Of a stretch of 64,000 nt of DNA, positions 32,043 through 41,992 are shown piece after piece. The stretch is from an uncultured Verrucomicrobiae bacterium (GTDB taxonomy: Bacteria; Verrucomicrobiota; Verrucomicrobiia; Chthoniobacterales; UBA10450). The DNA lies in the NCBI GenBank assembly GCA_963772365.1, contig CAVYXA010000001.1:640001-704000 (forward strand), in the 5' to 3' direction. Every line of letters begins with the position of its first letter. Position 1 is the stretch's first letter. The notes under the pieces are model-generated. The model saw nothing but the letters and a program-made list of their open reading frames with translations. It did not search any database and was not told the origin of the DNA. The translations under genes were made by a program, and so were the position numbers.

Positions 32043-33428
32043 ATGTTCCAAAAAGTCCTCATCGCTAACCGGGGAGAGATTGCCCTTCGTATCATCAGGG
32101 CCTGCAAGGAACTCGGGATCCGCACCCTGGCGGTGTATTCGGAGGCCGATGTCGATTCGCTCCATGTCCAGCTGGCCGATGAATCGATCTGTATCGGTGC
32201 GCCGCCTAGCACCGAAAGTTATTTGAAGATCGATCGCATCATCAGCGCCGCAGAAGTCGGCGATGTTGATGCGATTCATCCCGGTTACGGATTTCTGGCC
32301 GAGAACGCCCACTTCGCCGAAGTCTGCGAAAGTTGTAATATTACGTTCATCGGTCCGCCTACTCCGGCGATGCACTCGATGGGTGACAAGAATACCGCGC
32401 GTGCTTGCGCTCGCAAAGCAGGCGTGCCGGTGACTCCCGGAAGCGATGGCATCGTCGCGGACGAAAAGGAAGCGGCGAAGATTGCCAGGAAAATCGGCTA
32501 CCCAGTGATGATCAAGGCGGCCGCAGGTGGAGGTGGACGCGGCATGCGGGTGGCCCACAACGAACCCAGCCTGATTACCGGCTTTCACGCTGCGCGCCAC
32601 GAAGCAGAGAAGGCATTCGGTAATGGCGAGGTTTACATGGAGAAATTTATCGTCAGTCCGCATCACATCGAATTCCAGATCATGGCCGACAGCCATGGGC
32701 ACATTGTTCATCTGGGCGAGCGCGACTGCTCGATTCAGCGGCGCAATCAAAAGGTGATCGAGGAATGCCCCTCACCGCTCATGACTGCATCGCTCCGAAA
32801 GAAAATGGGAAATGCCGCGGTCAAGCTGGCTAAATCTGTGGGCTACGAGAACGCGGGCACGATCGAGTTTCTGGTGGATGAACATCGACATTTTTATTTC
32901 ATCGAGATGAACACGCGGATCCAGGTCGAACATACGATCACCGAGGAGGTTTACGGGTGCGATTTGGTAAAGGAGCAAATCCGCATCGCGGCCGGCGAGC
33001 CGCTTTCCAAGCACGTTGCTCACGCCGTGCCGCGGCTTCACGCAATCCAATGCCGAATCAATGCCGAGGATCCAGCGAAAAATTTTCAACCTTCACCAGG
33101 CCGGATAAATTTCTATTACGGGCCCGGTGGCCGCGGCGTTAGGATCGACTCTCATGCTTACACCGGTTATGTAGTGCCGCCCTATTATGATTCTTTGATT
33201 TCGAAAATCGTTACGGTCGGCTCGACTCGAATCAATGCCATCGACCGGATGCGCCGCGCCCTGGACGAATATTACATCACCGGAATCAAGACCACTGTCC
33301 CCTTTCACGCTGCGATCATGCGCAATGGCGAGTTTCGCGACGGAAAATACGATACCGGCTTTGTCGAGCGGGTAATGACTTCGGAGAATTTCGAATTGAT
33401 TCCACCCTCCGCTCAATTACACGAATAA
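32043..33428 (+). CDS. accC: Biotin carboxylase
   Basis: [35 protein letters not shown] and [10 protein letters not shown] motifs. Confidence 0.97.
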   Translation: MFQKVLIANRGEIALRIIRACKELGIRTLAVYSEADVDSLHVQLADESICIGAPPSTESYLKIDRIISAAEVGDVDAIHPGYGFLAENAHFAEVCESCNITFIGPPTPAMHSMGDKNTARACARKAGVPVTPGSDGIVADEKEAAKIARKIGYPVMIKAAAGGGGRGMRVAHNEPSLITGFHAARHEAEKAFGNGEVYMEKFIVSPHHIEFQIMADSHGHIVHLGERDCSIQRRNQKVIEECPSPLMTASLRKKMGNAAVKLAKSVGYENAGTIEFLVDEHRHFYFIEMNTRIQVEHTITEEVYGCDLVKEQIRIAAGEPLSKHVAHAVPRLHAIQCRINAEDPAKNFQPSPGRINFYYGPGGRGVRIDSHAYTGYVVPPYYDSLISKIVTVGSTRINAIDRMRRALDEYYITGIKTTVPFHAAIMRNGEFRDGKYDTGFVERVMTSENFELIPPSAQLHE

Positions 33429-33430
33429 CA

Positions 33431-34054
33431 TTGCGAACGCTGCGCGACTGCCGTCTTTACGCCATCATTGATCTTGGTTACATCGACGATCAGGAATGTG
33501 GGCGCGTGGCGAACGAAATGGTCAAGGGCGGAGTGGACCTGATTCAGCTGCGCGGAAAAATGCATTCGATAGGCGGACTTGTCGATCTTGCAGCGAAACT
33601 GCACGAGATTACTTCCGTATCCGGAACGCCCTTGATCGTGAATGATCATGCCGAAGTCGCGGCGAAAGCTTCTACCGAAGGTGTGCACGTTGGGCAGGAT
33701 GATGAATCAATTGCGGCCGTGCGCGAAAAAGCGAGACGGCCCATTTTTGTAGGTAAATCGACACACAGTCTGGAACAGGCCTGCGCTGCGCAATGCGAAG
33801 GAGCCGATTACATCGGGTTCGGCCCGATTTTTGCCACACCCACCAAACCCGATTACCGGCCGATTGGCCTTTCAGAAATTCAGCGAGTACACGAGCAAGT
33901 TGACCTGCCGATTTTTTGCATCGGCGGGATTAACATCGACAATCTCCAAAGCGTGATCGACGCCGGAGCGCATCGCGTAGTGATGGTGTCGGCGTTGCTG
34001 AAAGCGCACAGCATCATCGATTACGCCCGTTGCACCACGGATATGCTTGCTTAA
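33431..34054 (+). CDS. thiE: Thiamine-phosphate synthase
   Basis: QLRGK, IVND, GVHVGQDD, GKSTH, GPIFATPTKP and IGGI motifs. Confidence 0.93.
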   Translation: MRTLRDCRLYAIIDLGYIDDQECGRVANEMVKGGVDLIQLRGKMHSIGGLVDLAAKLHEITSVSGTPLIVNDHAEVAAKASTEGVHVGQDDESIAAVREKARRPIFVGKSTHSLEQACAAQCEGADYIGFGPIFATPTKPDYRPIGLSEIQRVHEQVDLPIFCIGGINIDNLQSVIDAGAHRVVMVSALLKAHSIIDYARCTTDMLA

Positions 34055-34104
34055 AAGACCGGTCGGCAAATCAAACATCAAACCTCGCACATCAAACATC
34101 TCGC

Positions 34105-35022
34105 ATGTCCGTCCTAGTTGTTGGTTCCATCGCGCTCGACACGGTTAAGACGCCGGTCGAAGAACATGCCGATCTAATCGGCGGCTCCGCTTCTTACGCC
34201 GCATTGAGTGCGAGTTTCTTTTCGCCGGTGCGGCTCGTTGGAATTGTGGGAAAAGATTTTCCTGATTCCGAATTCGATTTTTGGAAGTCGCGCAAGATCG
34301 ACATCGATGGCGTCCAGCGCGCGGATGGAAAAACGTTTCGCTGGTCGGGGGAATATTCGTGGGACCTCAATAACCGTGAGACGCGTTCGGTAGCGCTCAA
34401 TGTTTTCGAGACTTTCAAGCCGGCGTTGCCCGAATCGTATCGCCAAACGGATTTCGTTTTACTGGCCAATATCGCGCCGTCATTGCAATCGCATGTGCTC
34501 GATCAAATGGAACGTGCGCGCTTCATCGTCGCCGATACCATGGATCTCTGGATCGAAACGACGAGAGGCGATCTGGATGCCCTCATGCCAAGGGTGGATC
34601 TTCTCATCGTGAACGACAGTGAGGCGCGCGAGATGACGAAGGAGACCAGTCTCATCAAAGCAGGTCGCAAGATCCGCACGTTTGGGCCGCGCTATGTTGC
34701 AATTAAGAAAGGTGAGCATGGCGCGCTGCTTTTCGGTGAAGGCAACGAATTTTTCAGCTGCGGCGCCTATCCGCTGGAAGACATTCACGACCCGACTGGC
34801 GCGGGAGACACCTTTGCCGGCGGCATGGCCGGTTATCTCGCCGGCACGGTCAAAAAAGTCCACTTTGCCGATCTGCGCAAAGCTATGATCTACGGCAGTG
34901 TTCTGGCGAGTTTTTGCGCGGAGGCATTTAGCCTGGAACGATTGCGCAAATTGTCGATGGATGAGATCAATGAGCGCTACAAGATGTTCAAGGTCATGAG
35001 CCAATTCGAGCTGCCCACATGA
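34105..35022 (+). CDS. PfkB-family carbohydrate kinase
   Basis: GGSASYA, KKGEHGA and DPTGAGDTFAGG motifs. Confidence 0.93.
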   Translation: MSVLVVGSIALDTVKTPVEEHADLIGGSASYAALSASFFSPVRLVGIVGKDFPDSEFDFWKSRKIDIDGVQRADGKTFRWSGEYSWDLNNRETRSVALNVFETFKPALPESYRQTDFVLLANIAPSLQSHVLDQMERARFIVADTMDLWIETTRGDLDALMPRVDLLIVNDSEAREMTKETSLIKAGRKIRTFGPRYVAIKKGEHGALLFGEGNEFFSCGAYPLEDIHDPTGAGDTFAGGMAGYLAGTVKKVHFADLRKAMIYGSVLASFCAEAFSLERLRKLSMDEINERYKMFKVMSQFELPT

Positions 35023-35270
35023 ATCGCAAATTTCTTTGCATCCTGGTCATCCTTTCAGCTGCGCTTGTCGATCTTCGCGCCGCCGGCGATTGGATTGTGC
35101 TAAAAAATTGCCACCTGATCGCAGATCGGGCCAAATGATGGCGACAGCTTCCACGTCAGCGCCGGTGATACAGAATACATTTTCCGGCTTTACCTGGTGG
35201 ATGCGCCGGAAATCGAAGCGATGGATCCGGCTCGCCTAAGGGAGCAGGCCAAATATTTCGACATCACGTT
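35019..35270 (+). pseudogene. Thermonuclease (SNase-like) gene fragment, frameshifted and 3'-truncated
   Basis: ATGA overlap with pfkB; signal peptide. Removing one A at 35133-35135 gives NDGDSFHV...IFRLYLVDAPE, after which the frame runs into an opposite-strand gene. Confidence 0.65.
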
Positions 35271-35941
35271 CCTCTCAAGTGTTGTTGAAACCAATCGGCC
35301 GCCAGCCGCACGACGTTCGAGCGTGCCCGGTTCTTCAAACAAATGTGTGGCGCGAGGAATAACGCTTAGTGATTTCGCGCATTGAAGTTGGGCATAGGCT
35401 CGTTCGTTAAGCCGCAACACTTCCGCGTCATACTCTCCTACAATCAACAGCGTTGCGGCTTTCACATCGCTCAACGCTTCGCCTGCCAGATCGGGCCGCC
35501 CGCCTCGCGATACCACGGCTTGAATTGTCGATTCTAACGCGGCGGCAGCTCGCAACGCCGCCGCGCCGCCCGTACTGGCCCCGAAATATCCGAAGCCAGG
35601 TTTTTTACACGCGAGTCGTGCGCGATCTCTTCCGTAACCATTGCCAGACGCCGGCTGAGTAATCCGATGTCGAATCGCAACCTCCTGGTGTAAGTATCTT
35701 CGATTTCTTCCTCCGGGGTCAGCAGATCAAACAACAAGGTGCCGATTCTCGAACGCCGCAAGAATTCCGCCACAGCTTGATTTCGCGGGCTGTGCCGGCT
35801 GCTTCCGCTGCCGTGAGCAAACAAAACCAGACCGATCGCATTTTCCGGTAGGCCTAGATCGCCGGAAAGCACGACCTCGCCGCAAGGAATTCGCAAGGAC
35901 ACTTGATAGTTCTCCACAGCTGGTGAACGACCGGAGTTCAT
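35264..35941 (-). CDS. Dienelactone-hydrolase-like alpha/beta hydrolase with two apparent frameshifts (~35596, ~35315)
   Basis: FAHGSGSSRHSPRN, GYFGASTG, VVSRGGRPDLAG, THLFEEPG and LAADWF, distributed across frames. Confidence 0.82.
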
Positions 35942-36077
35942 ATATTAATTTCGTTTCAAACCCAACCGCCAGCGCGTGGATCGTTGCCATCACAACTCTT
36001 TTTACCACCGCGGTCCGATACAGGCAGGAGTGCGCAGGACAAAAATTCACATATCGGGAAGCGCCGTCGGTTGCACG

Positions 36078-36413
36078 CTAGACCGCTTGTGCGTTGCGCC
36101 TGTGCCAACTGGCCCGGTGAAACAGAAGGACAATGAGCCAAACGATTCCGGCAATTACACCGATGGGAATTGTAGCCAGCATAAACCAGCCTGATACACC
36201 AAGAGTGTAAAGGAGCTGGCCGTAATCTTTCCCATTGATTACGCACGGATGAATTGAGCCTTCATCCAGCCTGCAGCCATGACTGTTCGCGATCACGGAG
36301 GCCACTATCACGGAAAACAGGGGCGCGAGCGCAAACAGAAGGATGAGCGCGAGCAAAATCCAGTAAGGCAACCACGGAAAACGTTTCCGGACGGGTAGTG
36401 GCGGCGGGTTCAT
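36078..36413 (-). CDS. Small membrane protein
   Basis: Two hydrophobic segments flanking GCRLDEGSIHPC. Confidence 0.7.
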   Translation of the reverse strand: MNPPPLPVRKRFPWLPYWILLALILLFALAPLFSVIVASVIANSHGCRLDEGSIHPCVINGKDYGQLLYTLGVSGWFMLATIPIGVIAGIVWLIVLLFHRASWHRRNAQAV

Positions 36414-36662
36414 GTCGCAGCCAAATTAACTCGTAGTCTGTTAACGGATGCAAGCCAGCACGGCGTGGGGCAACCGCTGGATACCAACGCTGCTCACGGC
36501 TGTCGGGGTTAAAGAAGGCTTCTCGCAAGTTCACATCCCTTCGCTGTTTGAGAACTGTGCGGTATTTGGCAATGCTGTTCATTGCCTGCGCCAATCGGTT
36601 TTTTTCTTCTCGCTTTTCGGCGCGACTTCCTGTTTAGCTGAATCGGGAGGATTCGACGATGT

Positions 36663-37196
36663 ATGGAGGCGGATGTCGAAAAACTATTAGCCGTCTGGTT
36701 TGAACGGACGCGCGACAAAGAGCTGACACACGAGGAGTGCGGCACCCGGCTCCGGCGCTGGCATTATCGTTTCGGTATACCGATCATCATCCTCACGACC
36801 GCCGTGGCAGCGGTCGCTTTTTACTGGTTAGGACGCCCGGATCTGAGCGACCCCGTCAAGATGGGAATTGGAATAGGCAGCGGAGTGGCGGCTCTTTTGG
36901 CCTGTATGCAAACCTTCCTCGGTTTGTCGCAGAGCGCCGATCAGCACAAGATTGCCTCCGCCCGGTATGGCGCGTTGCGGCGGTCCCTGGAAATCCTGAA
37001 AACGTTCTCGCCGTCGGATCTTAACGAGCTCCGGCGGTCGATTACCGATATTCAGCGGCAAATAGATCGCCTGGCCGAAACGTCGCCGACGATTCCGGCG
37101 CGTTGGAAGCAAAACGGAGACGTTAATCAAGAACGCGTTTTTCATCTTCCGGGCTCGTATAAGGCGGAAGAACACGCGCGCGTGGAAGCTGCCTAG
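36663..37196 (+). CDS. SLATT-domain (2TM) protein
   Basis: H..C...RRWHYRFGIP.IIL..., a second TM, then QTFL...A.QH...A.YGALRR; SD GGGAGG. Confidence 0.75.
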   Translation: MEADVEKLLAVWFERTRDKELTHEECGTRLRRWHYRFGIPIIILTTAVAAVAFYWLGRPDLSDPVKMGIGIGSGVAALLACMQTFLGLSQSADQHKIASARYGALRRSLEILKTFSPSDLNELRRSITDIQRQIDRLAETSPTIPARWKQNGDVNQERVFHLPGSYKAEEHARVEAA

Positions 37197-37287
37197 GCAC
37201 CTTAGGATCGACAGCGTCTATTACCCACACCCTTTCTTGCCGCCGGGATGGTCTGCGTTTTGCTCTGTTCTGTCGGTCCCAAGCTTT

Positions 37288-37701
37288 ATGAAACATCGCT
37301 TACGCATTTTGACTGTCGAAGATGAGCCCGCTGTGACCAACCTGCTCGCACTGATACTCGGCGGTCCGGCAGCGCAAGTAGTCACCGCGCCCAATGGCTG
37401 GATGGCGCTTATGAAGATCGGCGCCGCCAAGGAACCGTTCGATGTCGTGATTACCGACCATCACATGCAGCGCGTGACCGGCCTCGAATTGGTGCGCCTG
37501 CTGCGAAAGCGCGGATATCCCGCCAAGATTATCGTCCTTTCAGGCCATCTGACCAAGGAGAACATCCAGGCTTACGAGGAACTCAACGTGGATATGATGC
37601 TGGCGAAACCGTTCGACATAGCAGAGTTGCAGATGGCGATGGAGATCCTCACGAAAAAATCGGCAGCGCAGCTCACCGCTCCTCTGTCAGCGGTGGCGTA
37701 A
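37288..37701 (+). CDS. Single-domain response regulator
   Basis: VEDE, ITDHHM, LSG and KPF motifs. Confidence 0.88.
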   Translation: MKHRLRILTVEDEPAVTNLLALILGGPAAQVVTAPNGWMALMKIGAAKEPFDVVITDHHMQRVTGLELVRLLRKRGYPAKIIVLSGHLTKENIQAYEELNVDMMLAKPFDIAELQMAMEILTKKSAAQLTAPLSAVA

Positions 37702-37723
37702 ATTCCCATGATCGTGCCGCGCG

Positions 37724-37758
37724 CTCTGACTTCTGTTGTCTAACTTCTGACTTCTGAC
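37724..37758. repeat. Heptamer tandem repeat tract
   Basis: CTCTGAC TTCTGTT GTCTAAC TTCTGAC TTCTGAC. Confidence 0.7.
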
Positions 37759-37802
37759 CTCACCTTCCACCGGTACAGGCCCTGCTCACTTTTTAGAACG
37801 TC

Positions 37803-38192
37803 ATGGAGCACAAACCGGTTCGGGTCTTAACCGTCGACGACGAACCATCCGTCACGCTCTCGCTTCGGTACGTCTTTGCCGATCCGCGTTATGAAGTGGT
37901 CGGAGTGAGCAGCGGCCAGGCTGCGTTGGCTAAGCTCAATTCCAACCAATTCGATGTAATCATCGTCGACGAAAGGATGCCGAACCTCACCGGCGTGGAA
38001 CTGGTCCACGCGATTAAGGAACAGGGCAACCCGGCAAAGATTATCGTGGTATCGGCGCAACTATCGCCGGAAGTCCGCCAGGCTTACGAACGCATGGATG
38101 TCCATGCCATGTTCAGCAAGCCGTTCGACGTCCGCGTGCTGCGCGACGCTGTGGACCACGTCGTCGCCTCTCCGTCGCCTGGCACGTTCTGA
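37803..38192 (+). CDS. Single-domain response regulator
   Basis: VDDE, IVDERMP, VSA and KPF motifs. Confidence 0.88.
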   Translation: MEHKPVRVLTVDDEPSVTLSLRYVFADPRYEVVGVSSGQAALAKLNSNQFDVIIVDERMPNLTGVELVHAIKEQGNPAKIIVVSAQLSPEVRQAYERMDVHAMFSKPFDVRVLRDAVDHVVASPSPGTF

Positions 38193-38201
38193 TTTCATTT
38201 C

Positions 38202-39110
38202 TCATTTGGCTGGAACAACCGCTGTCCGCTTCGTCTTATCGCCCACGGCGATGCTGAAATGTTTGTTGCTCTCGTTCGTTCCCTGGTCGGGCTTCTTTTC
38301 GTACAAAAGCGACCAGGCCTGATCGGATGGATCATACCGCGGCTGGGGCAATTCACATTCAGTCGGATCGTAACCACGCGAGCGAGCTGCGTCATCCGCC
38401 AAATCGATCACTTCTCCTCTGGTCAAGCGCGCCTTGGTATCCGTGCGCGGTAGTCGCATTATGTATCTCATACCCAGAACAGGCGGCGGCCAAACCAGCA
38501 ATCGCACCATCTCGCTGACGTCGATCTCGGATTGAGGCGGACCGACATTCGTTAGCGGTTGAGGACGCTGAGAATTGAATGCCAAATCCTCGGGTGATTC
38601 GACAGTCGTCGATTCCGGTTCCTGGCTTTCGGCTTCCTCAGTTTCGCCGGAGACCGGTCCTTCCGACGGCGCTCCCGGTTCTCCAACCGTGTCGCGCTCT
38701 ATCGCAGCGGCGCGCCATCGAGCAGCTTCGCGAAACGACGCGCGACCGCGCTGCCAGCGGGTCATTCGAGCACCATCGACAAACATCGCGTGCCCTGTTT
38801 TTCTTTGTGAATGAACATTGACTGGCCCATCGAGTTTGCCTTTGACCATGTTGCCCCAGTAGCGCGCATAAAGTTCGGGCTCGCCGGATTCGTTCTCGTT
38901 CTCTTTCGTGTACCAGGTGAGTGTGCCAAACCCGTGAGCATACCCATCATCGTCCCTGCCCCCTGACCATGTCGCCTCATCCCCAGGCTTGGGATCGTTG
39001 TTCCAGACAATGGTCTTACCGTCTCGCGTGCGCTCGTACTTCCCGTCACCGAGCGCGACATTCGCGAACAGCACCAGCGTCAGAAAAAACATTCGTCCCG
39101 TCACGGCCAA
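38202..39110 (-). CDS. Secreted hypothetical protein with a MORN-like beta region
   Basis: Signal peptide; TWSG..D.DGYAHGFGTLTWY and YWGNMVKGKLDG. Confidence 0.7.
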   Translation of the reverse strand: MAVTGRMFFLTLVLFANVALGDGKYERTRDGKTIVWNNDPKPGDEATWSGGRDDDGYAHGFGTLTWYTKENENESGEPELYARYWGNMVKGKLDGPVNVHSQRKTGHAMFVDGARMTRWQRGRASFREAARWRAAAIERDTVGEPGAPSEGPVSGETEEAESQEPESTTVESPEDLAFNSQRPQPLTNVGPPQSEIDVSEMVRLLVWPPPVLGMRYIMRLPRTDTKARLTRGEVIDLADDAARSRGYDPTECELPQPRYDPSDQAWSLLYEKKPDQGTNESNKHFSIAVGDKTKRTAVVPAK

Positions 39111-39251
39111 CCATTTGGTGAATATGCCAGATCAGATTGTCCTCTGGAAAGAGAAATCCTGGAACTCCTTTACCCCCCTCAAATGGCGCAATCAACGACT
39201 CGATCGCGCCTCATCTTCATCTGACAAAGATCGGACTTGCGGAGGATCCCC

Positions 39252-39803
39252 TTACTTCTTCTGTTCCCACCCATAAAGCCGGGCCTCATTCGGAAACCCG
39301 GGAACCTGCACCATCCGCTCGAATCGAAGCCTCAGTTTTTCCAGCAGATGGGTCGACTTCGCATTTGTCGGCGACGTAAATCCGATGATCCGCTTCAGAC
39401 CCAGCTCTCTTCGGCCGTATTCCATCATAGCCCAAGCGGCTTCGAAAGCGTAGCCGTTGCCGGCATACTGTGTGAGCGTCGAATAACCAATATCGAAATC
39501 CTCCATCGTATCGCGCTTCATTAACCCGCAGCTGCCAACCGGAGTTCCCGACGACTTTAGTTCCACCTGTCGCGCCGTGGCTCCAGGGCGAAGGAAGACC
39601 ACGCAATAACCGACTCCGTAACGTTCGTGGCCAGGCAAAAACTTTTCACGGATATAATCTTTCGCCGCCGCCAACGTCCGCACGTTGCGATCGGTCACAT
39701 TGGCAATGTAATCCGGCTCGTTCAACATCCGCAGAACAAACGCCGCGTCGCGTTCCGCATCTACCGGCCGCAAAATGAGCCGTTTAGTTTCGATCGGCTT
39801 CAT
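39252..39803 (-). CDS. RimJ/RimL-type GNAT acetyltransferase
   Basis: IETKRLILRP, GSCGL, DIGY....YAGNGYAFEAA and N..S..LLEKL motifs. Confidence 0.9.
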   Translation of the reverse strand: MKPIETKRLILRPVDAERDAAFVLRMLNEPDYIANVTDRNVRTLAAAKDYIREKFLPGHERYGVGYCVVFLRPGATARQVELKSSGTPVGSCGLMKRDTMEDFDIGYSTLTQYAGNGYAFEAAWAMMEYGRRELGLKRIIGFTSPTNAKSTHLLEKLRLRFERMVQVPGFPNEARLYGWEQKK

Positions 39804-39984
39804 GCACTCGGTCGTGAGTCTGGGCTTGCTCCAGTCTCACATCAAATACGCTGATACTGCCGGTTACGTGACCGCATAAATGAGAAATCCGCCGATCGCC
39901 AGCGCGAGCAATCCCGATGAGCTCTGGATCGCTCGCCCGCTCGTTAACCACCATTCGATCATTCGCTTCAAAAGAACATCGACG

Positions 39985-40089
39985 TTACTTCGCCGGTTTC
40001 TTTCTTTGCTTCACGGACGCGAGCCGGTGTGTTTTTTTCCGGCGGGCCTGGCGTTTTCTCACGTTGTCTCTGCCTCGATTGTGTCCCAT
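39985..40089 (-). CDS. Putative small basic protein
   Basis: 34-aa K/R-rich ORF: MGHNRGRDNVRKRQARRKKTHRLASVKQRKKPAK. Confidence 0.45.
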   Translation of the reverse strand: MGHNRGRDNVRKRQARRKKTHRLASVKQRKKPAK

Positions 40090-40140
40090 GCGCGAAATTG
40101 TACGGGCCGGCGCCTGTCGGGGAAAGAACGAATTCCCACA

Positions 40141-40230
40141 TCCGATCTCTGACTTGAGCGTTGGACCTTCAACGTTCAGCATTTCCTATTTTCCCACCTC
40201 TCGTCACTAATCACCGGTCACTCGTCACCA
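40141..40230. repeat. Heptamer repeat tract
   Basis: TTGAGCG TTGGACC TTCAACG TTCAGCA ... TCGTCAC TAATCAC CGGTCAC TCGTCAC. Confidence 0.7.
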
Positions 40231-40240
40231 GCCCGCCCCC

Positions 40241-40603
40241 TCATCGGTTAAGCCAAAGAATGTGCGCGCCGGGATTATTACTCTCTTGAGCCACCTTTCC
40301 TCCTACCTTCTTCGCAAGCCCACGTAGAAGTTGAATCGCATGATCGCGGATTACAGAACGGCCCGACCTGGCCCCATATCCGTGGATAATTTTTACACCT
40401 CTGTGACCATCACGCAGCCCGCGATCCACAGCTGCGGTAATCTTCCGCAGAGCTAACTCCAACGTCTCTCCCGAGTGCGCAACGTCCATTTCCAGAACGC
40501 CCCGATAGACGCGGCGCCGGAGTGATTCCCCGCACTTCGCGCATTTCGCTTTACCCGATTCAACGGGATTACCGCAGCCAGGACATTCGACAGTTTTCTT
40601 CAT
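40241..40603 (-). CDS. Zinc-ribbon + Smr domain protein
   Basis: CPGCG..CAKCG; DVAH; VKIIHGYG..SG; NPG. Confidence 0.8.
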   Translation of the reverse strand: MKKTVECPGCGNPVESGKAKCAKCGESLRRRVYRGVLEMDVAHSGETLELALRKITAAVDRGLRDGHRGVKIIHGYGARSGRSVIRDHAIQLLRGLAKKVGGKVAQESNNPGAHILWLNR

Positions 40604-40662
40604 CTCGGTGCCACGACCCCTTTCTCACTTTCTGGCCGGACGCGCCCCAGCCTTGCAGGTAT

Positions 40663-41073
40663 TTAACGCTGCAACTTCGTTAGCAAGAGCCGTCGAATCA
40701 GATCCTCATCATATTGTTTTCGGACGAAAATGCGAAGAAGTGGAAACGATACTGCATTAAACAAACGATCGACGTCATGATCACGTTTCTGTCTGTCTGG
40801 GCGCTTGTGCGACGAACCATCAAGTTCGATAGCGACCCGGGGGCGGAGAAGAGAGTCGCAGATCACGAAATCGACGTGTTTAGAGCAGACACGACGAAAA
40901 TTGGATTGGCGATATTTGTGCTGTTCGTTGGCATCGATCAGGTCAGCCAGACGGACCTTGGCAAGAACAATATGATCTCGAGCAATGCGCCTCAGAACGT
41001 CGAAAAAGGAACGTTCGGCGCTATCGAGCAAATACCTGCGTCGAAAATACGGCCTTATGGATGTTGATCGCAC
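40663..41073 (-). CDS. DUF2726 domain protein
   Basis: LLDSAERSFF, KVRLAD, KHVDFVICD and IELDGSSH....RD. Confidence 0.85.
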   Translation of the reverse strand: MRSTSIRPYFRRRYLLDSAERSFFDVLRRIARDHIVLAKVRLADLIDANEQHKYRQSNFRRVCSKHVDFVICDSLLRPRVAIELDGSSHKRPDRQKRDHDVDRLFNAVSFPLLRIFVRKQYDEDLIRRLLLTKLQR

Positions 41074-41123
41074 GACATGAAACTCAGCAACCGATATGCC
41101 GCTTCGTTAATTCATGTCGGCGA

Positions 41124-41234
41124 CTCTGACATCTGTCTTTCGATCTCTGATTGCTGATTTCTCGCTTGAGCGTTGGACGTTCGATGTTGGGCGTTCGGTG
41201 TTTGCTTCAGCCTTTCCCTCATCCTTCATCCCTT
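41124..41234. repeat. Long heptamer repeat tract
   Basis: CTCTGAC ATCTGTC TTTCGAT CTCTGAT TGCTGAT TTCTCGC TTGAGCG TTGGACG TTCGATG TTGGGCG TTCGGTG ... TCCCTCA TCCTTCA. Confidence 0.75.
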
Positions 41235-41890
41235 GCCGGCCGCTGGATCCGATCCGGGCGTGGCCGAAATCTTGGCCGGCGTCTCGGTTGATTCGGCTGT
41301 CGCGGCTGTCGCTCGGGTCCGGCAGACTTGGGCTCATCCACTTTCATCAGCTCGAATGTCCGAAACAATGGCGCGAGATCGATTACTTCGTTGGCGGCCG
41401 ATCTTAGTATTTGCCCGAGATTTTGCGTGACCGATGCCACCTCTACTCGGATGCCGCGCCGGCGGAGCTGGATCGCGAGGTAGGCAAAATCGGTGTCGCC
41501 CGTTACCAGGATCACCACGTCGGGTTGCATCTCGACCGAAAGCTCGAGCGCATCGATCGCCATCATCACGTCCACGTTCGCCTTGTACCGGCCTTCATCC
41601 GCGGGCGACCCATCTTTGGTCACGACCATGAACCCGTTCGCGCGCAGCCATTGGACGAACTTGTTTTTCTTATCGCGCTCTTCCTGCCAGATCGACATCG
41701 CCGGCGGGAGACCGGCATAGACCACCATCTCGATCAACTCCCGCCCAGTATTTGGGCCAGCCAGAAAATCTCGCAACTTCAACCAATCCAGACCGCGGCC
41801 GGCTGTGCGCACCGAGCTGCCGATGTTCGATTCATCGACCAACACCAACACACGCTGACGTCCTGAGACCTTATGATTTACTTTTCGCAT
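41219..41890 (-). CDS. NYN-domain (LabA/DUF88) protein
   Basis: LVDESN, KANVDVMMAIDA and LVTGDTDF..L....RRRG..VEV motifs. Confidence 0.9.
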   Translation of the reverse strand: MRKVNHKVSGRQRVLVLVDESNIGSSVRTAGRGLDWLKLRDFLAGPNTGRELIEMVVYAGLPPAMSIWQEERDKKNKFVQWLRANGFMVVTKDGSPADEGRYKANVDVMMAIDALELSVEMQPDVVILVTGDTDFAYLAIQLRRRGIRVEVASVTQNLGQILRSAANEVIDLAPLFRTFELMKVDEPKSAGPERQPRQPNQPRRRPRFRPRPDRIQRPARDEG

Positions 41891-41992
41891 CTTTATTAAA
41901 ATACCAGTTCGGTGCCGAGCCTTCTGTGGTGACGGGTTTCGCGCGTGCAAATTCTGCCACTCCCAGCTCCGCGCTTCCAGCTCGCAGCCCGA

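Noticed and set aside
31755..32750. 331-aa minus-strand ORF (likewise 3583..4515 on +)
   Set aside because: Antisense shadows of accBC and gspE.
41124..41234. Repeat tracts read as a CRISPR array
   Set aside because: They are 7-bp degenerate units without unique spacers, and no cas genes are present.
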